A stretch of DNA of 60,622 nucleotides, the filler included, from Sphacelaria rigidula (Eukaryota), in the NCBI GenBank assembly GCA_964200075.2. It is 6 parts of 6 records of this genome, joined end to end, with 100 filler letters (N's around TTAATTAATTAA, not from the genome) between each part and the next. Parts side by side here need not be neighbours in the genome. Positions count along the whole stretch, not along the records: positions 40,484 to 50,503 come from CAXNAA020007311.1; positions 50,604 to 60,622 come from CAXNAA020007312.1; 4 more parts are not named here. One strand, 5' to 3'. A model generated the notes under the pieces. It was given only the letters and a program-made list of their open reading frames with translations. It was not told the DNA's origin and did no database searches. A program made the position numbers and the translations under genes. Of the stretch, positions 49,603 to 60,622 are shown piece by piece. The first letter of the stretch is position 1, and the number at the start of each line of letters is the position of its first letter.

Positions 49603-49988
49603 AGTAGACGAGGACAAACGTCTGGAGATACACGGGGGATTGAGAGAGGGGATAGGAAATAAAACATATTTACATGGCCCCATGGACGCTGCAAAATAAG
49701 TGAAACAGCGATCTCGGGCGGGAGACCTGGACCTGCCAGAAAGAAGAAGGAGATTTGCTAGTAGTCGAGAGGAGGAGGAAGTAGATGCACAGAATTGCCC
49801 CTGTGGCAAAGCAATAGGGAGCAGAAGTCATATAATGGCAGAATGTGAACTATACAAGGAGGAACGGGACGCACTAGAGGGGGAAACGCGAGACGTGAAC
49901 GAAGGTGGCATGAAATCGTATGAGGCATTAGACAGTAGTGAGAAAATGATGGCTACACTAGGAGATGGATGGTGGCCACAGACGGCGG
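49603..49988 (+). mobile_element. Second C-tailed-family LINE fragment (ORF2 C-terminus)
   Basis: Paralogous to 48592-49143; contains the zinc knuckle QNCPCGKAIGSRSHIMAECELY and GDGWWPQTA. Confidence 0.88.
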
Positions 49989-50503
49989 GGCCCGGAGGAG
50001 TAAATTACCAGACTGCACTACACAATATGAACACAACATAACAACGATTTCTCAATTTTCACGCTCACGACTGCTGCACAAGATATCCGTACGAGGCACT
50101 AGTATTCTGCTCAGTACAGGATAAAACAACAGCAATTTCCCCTTTTTTATGTAGATGATGACGGCCTCGTTCGTCGCACGTATGCTATAAGAGACAGATT
50201 CCGTGGATGCAAAGAAACTTGAAACATCTAGTATGCCAAGATAATACAGTGATGTACTCTATGGATGTACATAGTACGGTAGGGCCACGGAAGTCACAGT
50301 ACAGCTAGATCACGAGAATTCTTGTCCATACAACCCAATGGTGTGATGATACAGCTGACCCCAATAAGGCGGAGGAAGAAGAGGTTCGATTCCCATCAGA
50401 TGCCTCTGAGTCATCCTACTACGATAGCGGGGGGTGTACTCATGATCATGCATGCCATAGTCATAAGACCATTGACCTCGCATCCCTACAAAGCCGGGGC
50501 GGA

Positions 50504-50603
50504 NNNNNNNNNNNNNNNNNNNNNNNNNNNNNNNNNNNNNNNNNNNNTTAATTAATTAANNNNNNNNNNNNNNNNNNNNNNNNNNNNNNNNNNNNNNNNN
50601 NNN
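50504..50603. other. Artificial contig spacer
   Basis: N44-TTAATTAATTAA-N44. Confidence 0.98.
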
Positions 50604-50659
50604 GGACCCCCAGATGGGCGTCGCGGGGGGTGGGGGGGGGGGGGGGGGGGACATTGGAG

Positions 50660-50801
50660 GAGAGTCGACGTGGTGAGTGAAGGAGTGCTGATCCAATCGG
50701 CGATAATGAAATGTAAGGTATGTACCGGAGGGGGAGAAAGATGGGTCAATCCCATGAGACCACAGACATATCCCGAGGAAAGTATAGGGTTCAGAGAGTG
50801 A
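50660..50801 (+). mobile_element. SINE family S body fragment
   Basis: aggagtgctgatccaatc...atgtaccgg...gatgggtcaatcccatgagaccacagac matches 10836-10950. Confidence 0.68.
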
Positions 50802-51208
50802 CGCAAACAGGCGAAAACACGAAGGAAGAAACGGCCCGCCTGTAAGCATTACGCCATCAAGGGATATAGGTTCAAGTGTTCGGATTAGTTGAGAAGTAGC
50901 ACCTGACAAACTAGAACCATCGATTCAGGACCTTCTACGTATTCCTATAGTTCGTGTACAATGATCATGTGCTCGGGTGCAATGACGAGACGAGGGGATC
51001 GACCCTGGCCCCAAACCAATGTTCCTTGCTTGCGAACGGGTTTTGTATACCACACCCTCCTTCCGTGTCCGTTTTTGTTTCCCTTCAAAGGAGTTTCATC
51101 GACTTACTTTCTTGACAACCTTACTCTTGATGAAAGAAGTAGTCTTGAAGGTCGCCATCGTCCGGCAACATGTACTACACCTCGAAGTATATCTTGGTGC
51201 GATACCTT

Positions 51209-51575
51209 CACACGCGGCCATTCGACTCCTGCCTGAAAATCCTCTATCGTGATTTTTATCCTCTGGATCTCGCAAATGGTTCATCATCTGGTGGTTCATG
51301 ATGCTTCTGGAGTGGGTAGTAAACAAAGCCGCCAGAAGGCACATGATTCCCTTGAGCACATAATTTTACTGAGGGTGCTTCTGAGGGAAAATGGGGAAAA
51401 AATACTCTCCAGGGTGTAAATATACCTCTGAAGTTCGCACATCAAACCTCTGGACGACACTTGAACCACCCGATGGTATTTCAACCTCCGGAGCAGTCCG
51501 GAGGGCCATTTTCCCCTCGGGAGGATAAAAATCACGATAGAGGATTTTCAAACAGGAGCCGAATGACCGCGTGTG
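51209..51575. mobile_element. 367-bp MITE with ~55-bp TIRs starting CAC
   Basis: cacacgcggccattcgactcctgcctgaaaatcctctatcgtgatttttatcctc / gaggataaaaatcacgatagaggattttcaaacaggagccgaatgaccgcgtgtg; flanked by TT/TT. Confidence 0.85.
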
Positions 51576-53526
51576 TTATCATTTTTTCAGTTAATTAATG
51601 GCAAGTATGACTGGATGTACAAAACGTGCAGGTTGGACTTGAGAATTCTGCTACTCCGATAGTTGCACTGTATCTAGTAGCGGAATGAATCCCGGTTATT
51701 GAAAAAAATGAGGCCATTTAATACTCGTATTGTTGACCACAGGATGACGCCCGTTGTGTAGATGTCCGATCATCCACCGCCGTATTGTGCGCTGCGACTC
51801 TATGGACAGGACAATGCAGCCGGGTTTGGGCAGCCAATAGTACATGACAATCAGTCAGTTCCATGATACGAGACATGATCTTGCGCTTGATACTACTTTA
51901 CGAACAAATAGAACCTCAAATGCAAGGGGAACACAGTGCCGTGTGCCGACAGTATTGACGACTGTAGCAGCAGTCAGCCACTTATTCCATCGTTCCGATT
52001 ACCAGGCATGTCGCGGCGGCCAACGGCACATATCTGGGCAAGTACCGAAGGATATTAATCGAACACCGCCGTTCAACGTGGGTGTAGGCGACACCTCCAA
52101 CACTGTGCTGTCGCGGGCAGCTTGGGAGATATCGCCGATAGTTTCCGAGGTGTCAACCCCCCCAGTGTCCAAAGTGTCCCTAGCACCTCCGGCGTGTTTG
52201 TCTCTGCTTCGGCTCTTTGGACAGTGTGTCGCCGATGAACTTGTCCGAGGTGCCACCGACATGCAGTGCTAGACAAATGGGCCACAAACAAAAATATTTT
52301 CTTGAGAGATCGAGAGTCTTGCGTTGATTGAGGCAACTTTTTATTTTTCGCTCTAACCTGACCATTTTTTCAGTCTGCAGGTGGGTTTCTTTACCTGCAG
52401 TATTTTCGTGTGCTTTACAGCTACACGTCGATGTCCTACTCAGGGATATCAAAGGCTTCAGTGGCAAGCTACTACAGAAAGCATATCGAGAGTCGTTTGG
52501 GAGCATTTCGGAACTGAAACTATCATATGCCATTCATTTATTGGTCCCTTCTCCCTCTCAATCATATCCTAGACTCTCATTTTCGCGACAACATTATTGT
52601 TGTACTTCGTCTAGCGCGAACCCTGAGCGAAAATCACACTGCACCTAAGGTGATGACTGTTCCGCAAAAACTGAGTGGTCTAATGGTGGAGTTTCGCTGC
52701 CTATTAGGTTGGAACTTCGAGCGCTTAGTCTCGGTAGCACCCTCAGTCAGGCTATAGCGTTTCCAATAATGGAGGCCGCGGCTGCGGAGCTTTACGAACA
52801 GCACCTGGGCTTTTTGTGTGTCGCCACCCCATCTATCCTGGACGCCGGTCCACATCTTTCGATATATGTGGGCGCACAGCCGGAGTCACCCAGGAGGAAG
52901 GTCAACACAGGCACACGACATCAAAAACGCAAAGTTTGGGTGTACGTTTATGTCTTTATATTATGTCTGACGTCCAGACGGGTGAACAAGGCCTCCGTAA
53001 GCGCAATGGGGCGCGGACATTGGAGAACACGTGATTTTTTTCTACTGCTGCTATAACGCTACCAACGACATGTTGTTCGAAAGAGTGCAGGTATGGCTGT
53101 CGATTCGCATGTCCTCTCGCCGTCACTGGCACCAACGTTATCGAGGCCATCGCGAACATGCACATGTCTTCTGGAACAGTTTTACACAACATGCATAACG
53201 TACGTTCCTGAGGTACTGTTGTAGGGTTGTCTAACGGTGCTTGTTGGTGCAAAATGAGCGCCACATGTACCATGTGTATACCGATATCTTCTCATCGAGA
53301 AATTCTCGACACTACACTCCAGATACACCTCTTTCCCGCCTTGCAGTGACTATACCAGACCGTCTAGCACGAGGCAGGAGTGAAAGATATACTCACACCG
53401 TGGATTCTGGTAAATGACTTTTTTATTTCAAGCTAAAAATATGTGGGACCACATTTTGCCGGAGTGATGTTCATGCTATTTCAGATTTTTTCCTCCTCAC
53501 ACATGTGCACGCATAGAGGCGCCGCA

Positions 53527-56500
53527 ATGCCTCGGCGAGGGTTACTGCTATCGCTCCTGCCATCTGCAGTGCTGGGTTTCTCACCGAATGGGTTGCTTTC
53601 TGCATCTGCTTCTGCATCTGCGCGAGGTTGCTGCCAAGCATCGACGCATGGTTTCACCACGTGCAGCAGTGCTACCCGGCATTGGTGGGTACTGTACTTT
53701 AGTGCCATGATCTAGAGGGTTAGCTTTGCAGGTGGGGTTGGGTCATGTTTCGGATGTTATCTCACAAGGGATGGAGTTGGGGTCGGGTGGGGGGTAGGTA
53801 GATAGTCGGTGGAGAGATGTGTTGTCGGGTAGCTATTGTTGTGCTGGGTCGTGAGGTACGTGTTTTGTATCAGAAGCGTGTGAAACATGAACAGTATGCT
53901 GTATACCGATGTTGTAGCTGCGCAAAAAAGATTATCGCGTACTGTACATCTCAACTCGAGACTGTGAGACGGTCAGTACTGCAGTATACACTACAGTAGT
54001 ATAACACCAGTCAGTACGGGGCACTCCTAGCTCGACCTGCACGGTGAAATACTGCTGCGATTCGGCTGAACAAGCTGCTGGGTTGTGTGTCTACGCTCCC
54101 AGTGATATACTGACCTCGTGCACAAGTCGCGTTGCAGAGACATTGTCGCGTTTGGGGCATCGCGTGCTCACCTCAGCAGTTATAGTGCATACGGGCCTTG
54201 TGCTCGCGAGCTGTTCACTGTACTGTATCTAGCCAAGACCCTCTTGTCTGCGGGTGCGACATGACAGCTTGCCAGTGTGTCGATTAAATTTTGTCGGCGG
54301 CATCGAACTTGCTCTGTGAGGAAGGCGGCGTGTCCATCCTGTCTGTCATCTTCGTTGTGATCTGCTCTAGTCAGAGCCCCCTGTTTGTTTACCAATACAC
54401 TACGGTACAAACAGAATGTTGCAGACCGCTTTTACGGGCTCCCATGTGTGCATCCTACACCCTACCTTGCTGGCTTTCTAGTAGCTGACGTGACATGTGT
54501 ACTCGAACATGAGGAGTACAGAACAACAGTTAGTGGCAGTGGGTGCGGAGAGTTGAGATTGAAGAGAAGGCTGGGGAATATCTTTACTGCGGGCGGCCAT
54601 CGCTTGGTGTCTCTAGAAGCATAACTACTAGGCTACTGCACTGACCGTGGTTAACACACTACTGTATGATGGAATTATTTTTCCTGTTCCAGGGTACGGG
54701 ATACCATGAACCAGTTTGCGAACTGACATCGCACCGCACGTGACTCCACTGTCTGCTTGCGGTCCACCCTCCAATTTGCCCTCCACACTGCAGCACTGCT
54801 GGATTGTACTACACCGAACGACGACACACGGCCTGATTTGTTTCATATCTTTTGGGGTATCTGATTTTCCTCTTTTTATTGACCAACGGACAGAATGGTT
54901 GACTCATACTCGGGTCACGATAATACTGTTGTATGTATGTACTTGCCTTGGTTTGCGAGCCGGGGTGGGGGCGCGAAGGGGACAACCGTATACGACATTG
55001 CTTGCCTCATTTTCGCAGACGCGAAAGAGTGGAAAGTGTCCCGCTGTTGCTGTTCGATGACTGGCCGTCATCTAATTGATTAACACGAAACTCTGCTGAT
55101 TTGACGATTCCGGATGAATCCCTCGACGATCTTACACTGCCTGTCGAGTGATGATTGATTTCAATATTGTCACACATTAGCTGAGGCGCGACGTATCCAG
55201 CCGTGGTTACGTCACAAGATGAACGTGAGGAGACGTTATCTTTGCGTCACCTAGTCCCTGTTGCTCTCCATCGAGAGCTTTTGATTCTGAGTATAGGACT
55301 GAATTTTTAGGTATGGTACTCACTCAATTGGGATTTTTTCGTCGGCGATTCGTCATCTTCTCTCGAAAGTTTGAGACTCGGTTGTTGGCGTTGTTTGAAA
55401 CGGTGGTAGGTCGTGCTCAGGACACATTCTCCAATTTTGTGTTGTCGGAACAATACGGAGTGAAGCCCCGTTCATCGAGGGGGTGTTGTTGAACGTATAT
55501 GATCCAAAAACATGGTTCTTCGGCTGCAGCACAATGAATATCGAGAGAAAAAAATGAACCCTCCAACAGTCCAACATAACGGTCCGAATCGGTTCGGTCC
55601 AGCAGAAATACTACTGAGCGGGAACCAGGGGCTGCACACTCGCAGGACCGCTCGCAGGACTCTCAACGACGGGTGAACACGCAACTCGTTCGAAATTGGT
55701 GGTAACTGTTTTTTCTTTTGAAATTTGTTTCGGGTACTCGTGTCTCTCGACCCCCGAAGGTTGGGATAAAAAAAAAAAGCGTGATGACTCGTAGTCACCG
55801 ACATACCTGAAAAAATCGCGTTTTCAATCGAGAATGCTTTGTTCAAATTTCGACTCCCGTACTTCTCGCACAAAAATCGCCCTTCTCGCACCGCCACGGT
55901 GCTATACTATTTTACTTTATATCTGCTGCTGCTCAGGGGAGCGATGGAATCTATAGACCGTTCGCGGAGCTCGGCGCGCGGCGGGTGCCTCAGGTTGAGG
56001 ATGGCAGAGGCGTCGTTGGTGGAGGAACCGATAACGGCTGAAGAAGCCAACGAATTGATCAACAAAGCCAGAAGTATTGTGGAAGCAGACATGGGTACCA
56101 AGGCACGTACAACCCTGTCCTGTAGTGTTTGTGCAGTATATAGTGTTTTTCTGACTTCTAAATTCCAAGGCCTTTCCACTTGCAGAGCAAGCTCTCATTT
56201 GCATAACCACCCTTGAATTGAACAGGAACGAGGGTCGTGTAAAGAAAAAATATATATTGCGCATTCACTCGATCATACAGAGCGGGACAATGTCTCTCAG
56301 ACATGGGTGGACAATGACGGTGCACAAGTGATGAGTCTTGGACTTGCGAGTAGGTGTGCAGGGTACGTCGTAATTGTTCATCATCTATAGTGCAGCATGT
56401 TCTCGGAACAATTAGGTACTGAGAATATGGCACGTACGTGTATAAAAGGCGGTATCGGGTGGGTGCGACGAAAGAGACAGCCCTGTACACAACGCTCTAT

Positions 56501-58873
56501 GCGTTTGTCCTCACTTCACGATGCACTGTATATATTGTCCCTCCGTTCATAAATATAAGGTCGGTAAGGATGTTCAGATTTTAAAGTCGGTTTCTATTAC
56601 TCCGGAGTATATCCTCCGGAGTAGGTAATTCAGCCATTGCGGAAGGTCGGACAAGGTTGATATGTTATCGAATATCAAAATAGATGGCAAAATAACATCC
56701 GCTCAAAAAGGGAGGGGACGGCCCCGGGTTACGGTTAGACCCTAATTCGGGTTTGGGCCTAACCCTAACCCTAACCCTAATCCTAACCCTAACCCTAAAC
56801 TCCTTGCTGCCAGCGAGGAGGTGCTGAATCACCGCAGCGGACATGCCTCACCAGAAGATGGGAAGGCCTTTGACCGAAGGTTCAAAGTTGGGGTGGTGAT
56901 TTCGAGCGACTTGTCCTGGGGTGGGACAAACTCTTTCGGTGGGACTTTGAGAAGAGAACTGTTTTGTGCGTCTCGCGTCAGCGGGGCGGAACTGAGAGGG
57001 AAAAAATTTCGAGAAAAGAGTAAGATGGGCCCGCGTTAGACCGCATTCTGTCTTCATCGACCTAATATTCATGAACGGAGGGAGTATATACTTTCCTGTG
57101 CCCCATAAGTCAGCTGCTCGGTTATGTTTGCACGGGCCTTCGAATATATCCGATGCCTATCCCAATGTTTTTTTGCATTCCTTAGCTTTTTGAGGGTCAA
57201 GAAATCATTCGTTTTCGTGAAAGTCTGCCACTTTCGTCGGGCAGCCGAACGGCCGCAAAAAATAGACAACATGGAAACCCCGAAAAAATGTAAGAAAAAA
57301 CAAAGATCGGAGGAAAAGCTGGTGATGCCACTTTGTTATCCTTCAAACTGCGCTACCTACGCCTCGCCGGAACTCGGTTGATCAATTACTCACCCCTTTT
57401 CACTGTGAAACCCGCGAAAAAAGGCCAAATTCAACGAATGGAAAGTTATATCTAGTGACCAAAATCTGCTAAAATTAGGCTACTTTTTTCCACGAGGAAA
57501 ATGCGTCGCAAAAATATTTCCACACGTCGGACAGATCGTTGTCTGTGTCACCCGGGTTATACAGGTAGAGGGATAATACTTTTGTATACACTTTTCGGAT
57601 AACACAGCGCAAATAGTTATAAAACGGTCCCCGTGTTCCGGGTATCATCGATCACGAAGGAGATAGATATCCTGTACGAGTCGTGAGGGTATTACAGATT
57701 TTTATCGGCATTTTGAGTACACCTGATTCGGATTAGAGAGTGTCTGAGGCCGCGATGCACGGATGAAGCGGAGTATACAAAAATTACTTACGGAAACCCT
57801 AGTACAAGCAACTCGGGTCATACAGATCATCATCAAGCGGGCTTGTACGAATTACGCGGGTCATACAGATCGTTCATGAAACCAGTTGTATAGTTATATA
57901 GGTCAAACGTGTCATACGGATATCAGATCACTCGTAGATGGCAAAAGTCATTCGGCTGATCATCGGGCGAGCTTGCAGGAGCCAGCCGTGCTTCATCAAG
58001 ACCGGCAGCGTACACGTCAATGACTTTTTCCCGGAAAATTTTGTCAGACGCTGGCCGGACAGCTTCACGATGTGTCAATTCGGCATAAAGCTATAGCTAC
58101 CCTTCCTTTTCCAGCCGCACATGAGTGAGCACCCTGAACAAGGAAAAATGAAAACAGGCGTCCATACTGCCGCTGGCACGAATGGCCATACGTCTCACCT
58201 ACGCAAATCACAACCACTATTCACTGGGGCATCAACTTCGTGTTCCATGTGCCCGGGTTGTTACAGTCAATCTATGGTATTGTGAACATGCACCATGTAC
58301 CCCGGTCATACGTACATGTTAGCAGGTGAGGAATACTGAGTACTGTTTCTTGTATACTGGATTCGAATTCCACAGGAAAAGGGGTAGCTTTGGTATACAT
58401 GATATTCAAATCACAGGTCGACGAGAAGCTTTTGCTTTTTTGGATCAGCCAAGTTATATAGACGACAAATATTTGATGTGGTACAACTGACAGGTCTGCA
58501 GATCAGTTTCACATAAAAGTGGGTTTGTTAAGCGGGTCATATAGCTTGTCACTTGGCAAATATCTACAGGTCAAACGGTTCCTACAGATCTCCATCGGAC
58601 AAACGTGCACGGGTGACAGCACACACACCGATTACGGCCTATTCCCCAATTGAGCCGACCCGGATATGGTACGATCTGACCCATGCGACGTGTGAGTATT
58701 TCCTCTAGTATGTTCATATTGCTTGGTTCTACCGTTTCCCACTTGCTTTTATCTTTGAAATGACGCCGCCTGAAGCATCGCAAGTGTTAGCGTTGGGGTG
58801 ATGTGACTTGCGCTCCACACCCGAGCAGATGGGACAGAAGAAGTATCAAGTACGTACCAGGGTATACAATATA

Positions 58874-58909
<36 letters not shown>

Positions 58910-59068
58910 TAGTAGTAATAGTTTTTTTCTCGGCACATATGCCCGATCTCTCATACCCGTATGTATCCTTAATCTTTCCGAAGGTGGTAGGTTGAGGGAA
59001 CCGTACCCCCAGGGTATAGTACCGTTGACGTTCAGGGTATGAGTTCATCTATTGTTATTATGATGATG

Positions 59069-59133
<65 letters not shown>

Positions 59134-59620
59134 CGTACAATAGTTCCGTCTCTCGAACCCGTGGTCACAGACGCAGGCTCGTCTTTCCAATACCAGCCCT
59201 GCTATTCCCTACTAGGCATAAGAGTTCTCATCGTTTCTTCTGAGGCGAAAAAAAACACCACAACAAGTTATCACCAAATAAGATGAAAATAAGGTGAGAG
59301 ACGCTGAAAAAACATATGAAAAATAGCCTCCCCCGAGTTATTAATATAGGCCATTTCAGGGTCCTGGAATACATGTCCGTACCCTTATCCTGCTGATCAT
59401 TTTTAATTCCACTCACCACATCGATGTCTGTCGGTTACCCTTCGTGGGGGGCGGGGGTGGCGGAGTGCAGGCTGCTAACATGCTGGCCCCGGATTTCCGA
59501 TTCTTGTGGCAATTCAACGGAGATTTGGATCTCGACGGCTACCTTAAGGAGGGCACGGGACCGTATGCAACTCTCAGGACAGCGCTGCCCGATCTGTTCT
59601 GGAACGCCTACGACTTTCGG
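53527..59620 (+). CDS. Spliced gene (3'-incomplete) for a plastid-targeted SnoaL/NTF2-like protein
   Basis: Exon 53527-53684 reads MPRRGLLLSLLPSAVLG-FSP... (signal peptide, Phe, S/A-rich transit peptide; phase 2). Exon 55937-56102 reads ...RLRMAEASLVEEPITAEEANELINKARSIVEADMGTK. Exon 59471-59620 reads AANMLAPDFRFLWQFNGDLDLDGYLKE...LRTALPDLFWNAYDFR|gt. The LAxDFxF...YL...AxPDL pattern resembles SnoaL-like folds. Confidence 0.75.
56537..57084. mobile_element. Stowaway/mariner deletion derivative containing (CCCTAA)n, intronic
   Basis: TIRs tccctccgttcataaatataaggtcg / cgacctaatattcatgaacggaggga. Region 56799-56925 is homologous to the transposase 5' region at 46486-46670. About 7 telomere units lie at 56758-56798. 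Confidence 0.85.
57091..57310. mobile_element. Diverged relative of the 20846-21381 element
   Basis: TA|ctttcctgtgccccataagt...tttgcacgggc...gggtcaagaaa...gccgaacggccgcaaaaaa parallels 20846-21010. Confidence 0.6.
58874..58922. repeat. (TAG)n microsatellite
   Basis: Seen directly. Confidence 0.95.
59060..59129. repeat. (TAT)n microsatellite
   Basis: Seen directly, about 20 units preceded by (GAT)n. Confidence 0.95.
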
Positions 59621-60622
59621 GTGAGAGATCCGACCGTTGGTCCGGACTGGACCGGAGCTTATGAATAACCAAAACTCGGTTGGGGGCTTGTCGTTTGTGG
59701 AGAGTATGGCTGGTACGGGGTGTATTTATTGTTTTTTTTTTGGCAGATCTGATTTTTTTGTTTCAACCTTACCCCGACAAAGTCGAAGTGATTTTTTTTC
59801 CCTTCACTCTATCTCTTCTGTTTTTTCAACATCTCTCTCGTTTTTGTGTGTATTTCTGGAGTTTCATAATAAGCCGCTCAGTAAGCGTTTCTTTCTCTTA
59901 GAAACGTAGTGGCGGTACTGGAAAGGCGAGCCTAGGCTTGCGACCGCAGGTTCGAGAGGTCGGGCAAATGCGCGGCAATGACAATAATAATACATACATA
60001 CTCTAGGGAAACCTCAATCACAAGATCTACGGATTTTAAATTCGTGTGGAAAAAGAAGTGTGTGAGTTTATGACCTCATGCCACTGTATTCGCCTATTTG
60101 TGTGTGGACGAGGCGGTTATTTGACACATTCAATTGCTTTTTTTTCAACACTATGTGGTGGTCGTAAAAAAGTCGATAATATTATTTTTAGGGTGGAGGA
60201 GAGTTTTATTTTTTCTCTTCGACAGTTCTTCGAATGTCTTCGAAGCGTCACATACACAAGAGAGCAGCTAATGATTTGGGAAAGAAGTTCAGAAGAAGAT
60301 CGTGGAACGTGGCTTCGCCACGGACGAGCGCAAAAGAAAAGAGATAGCGCAACAAGTGAGTAAACACGACCTAGATATAGTAAGGATTCAAGAGTCATGG
60401 GAGAAATAGGGGGTAGAAATAGGATGCAAAGTTGAAGAGTACGCATGGATAGGGAAACAGCGGGAGGGACAGAAGGACAAGAGCAGGGGAGCGGGAGGAG
60501 TGGGGTTTTCAGTCAAGGAATATCTGTGTGACATTACAGAGGTGATCGATGACACGAAGTCCGACGAGAGCATATGGATAAGGGTACCAGGGCAGCGGGG
60601 AACGAAGGACTTCTTCGTAGGG

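Noticed and set aside
10024-50603. Regularly spaced TTAATTAATTAA palindromes within N-runs
   Set aside because: These are artificial 100-bp linkers between ~10-kb contigs. No synteny or gene-cluster inference can be made across them.
51999-53273. Possible divergent minus-strand gene upstream of the plastid-protein gene
   Set aside because: The ORFs are short with no recognisable domain, and no consistent splice chain could be built.
56758-56798. True chromosome end (also 10197-10219)
   Set aside because: The tracts are short, internal and embedded in TIR elements.

Overview
This is eukaryotic, repeat-rich DNA, not one contiguous locus. Six contigs of about 10.02 kb (1-10023, 10124-20143, 20244-30263, 30364-40383, 40484-50503, 50604-60622) are joined by artificial 100-bp spacers (N44-TTAATTAATTAA-N44). 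Long GT-AG introns, TTAGGG-type repeats and a signal peptide plus Phe (ASAFAP-like) plastid presequence suggest a photosynthetic stramenopile, most likely a brown alga (inference). Three spliced host genes can be reconstructed: (1) an 8-exon, 5'-incomplete vWA protein with an Asp-Pro-His (DPH) motif and a GLLG C-terminal domain, reminiscent of inter-alpha-trypsin-inhibitor heavy chains or VWD/root-cap domains; (2) a WCGPC thioredoxin; (3) a plastid-targeted SnoaL/NTF2-like protein that apparently uses a GC-AG intron. The rest is mostly mobile DNA: a decayed chromodomain-bearing Ty3/gypsy element with two LTRs and a deleted RT core, a LINE family ending in oligo(C) rather than poly(A), an (AATC)n-tailed retroposon, tRNA-derived SINEs (including a tail-to-tail pair), plant-type mariner/Stowaway derivatives, piggyBac- and Harbinger-like MITEs, several foldback elements, a MITE family carrying telomere repeats, and a hierarchical GCCGACAAC tandem array. 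All assignments come from visual motif recognition; no database searches were run.
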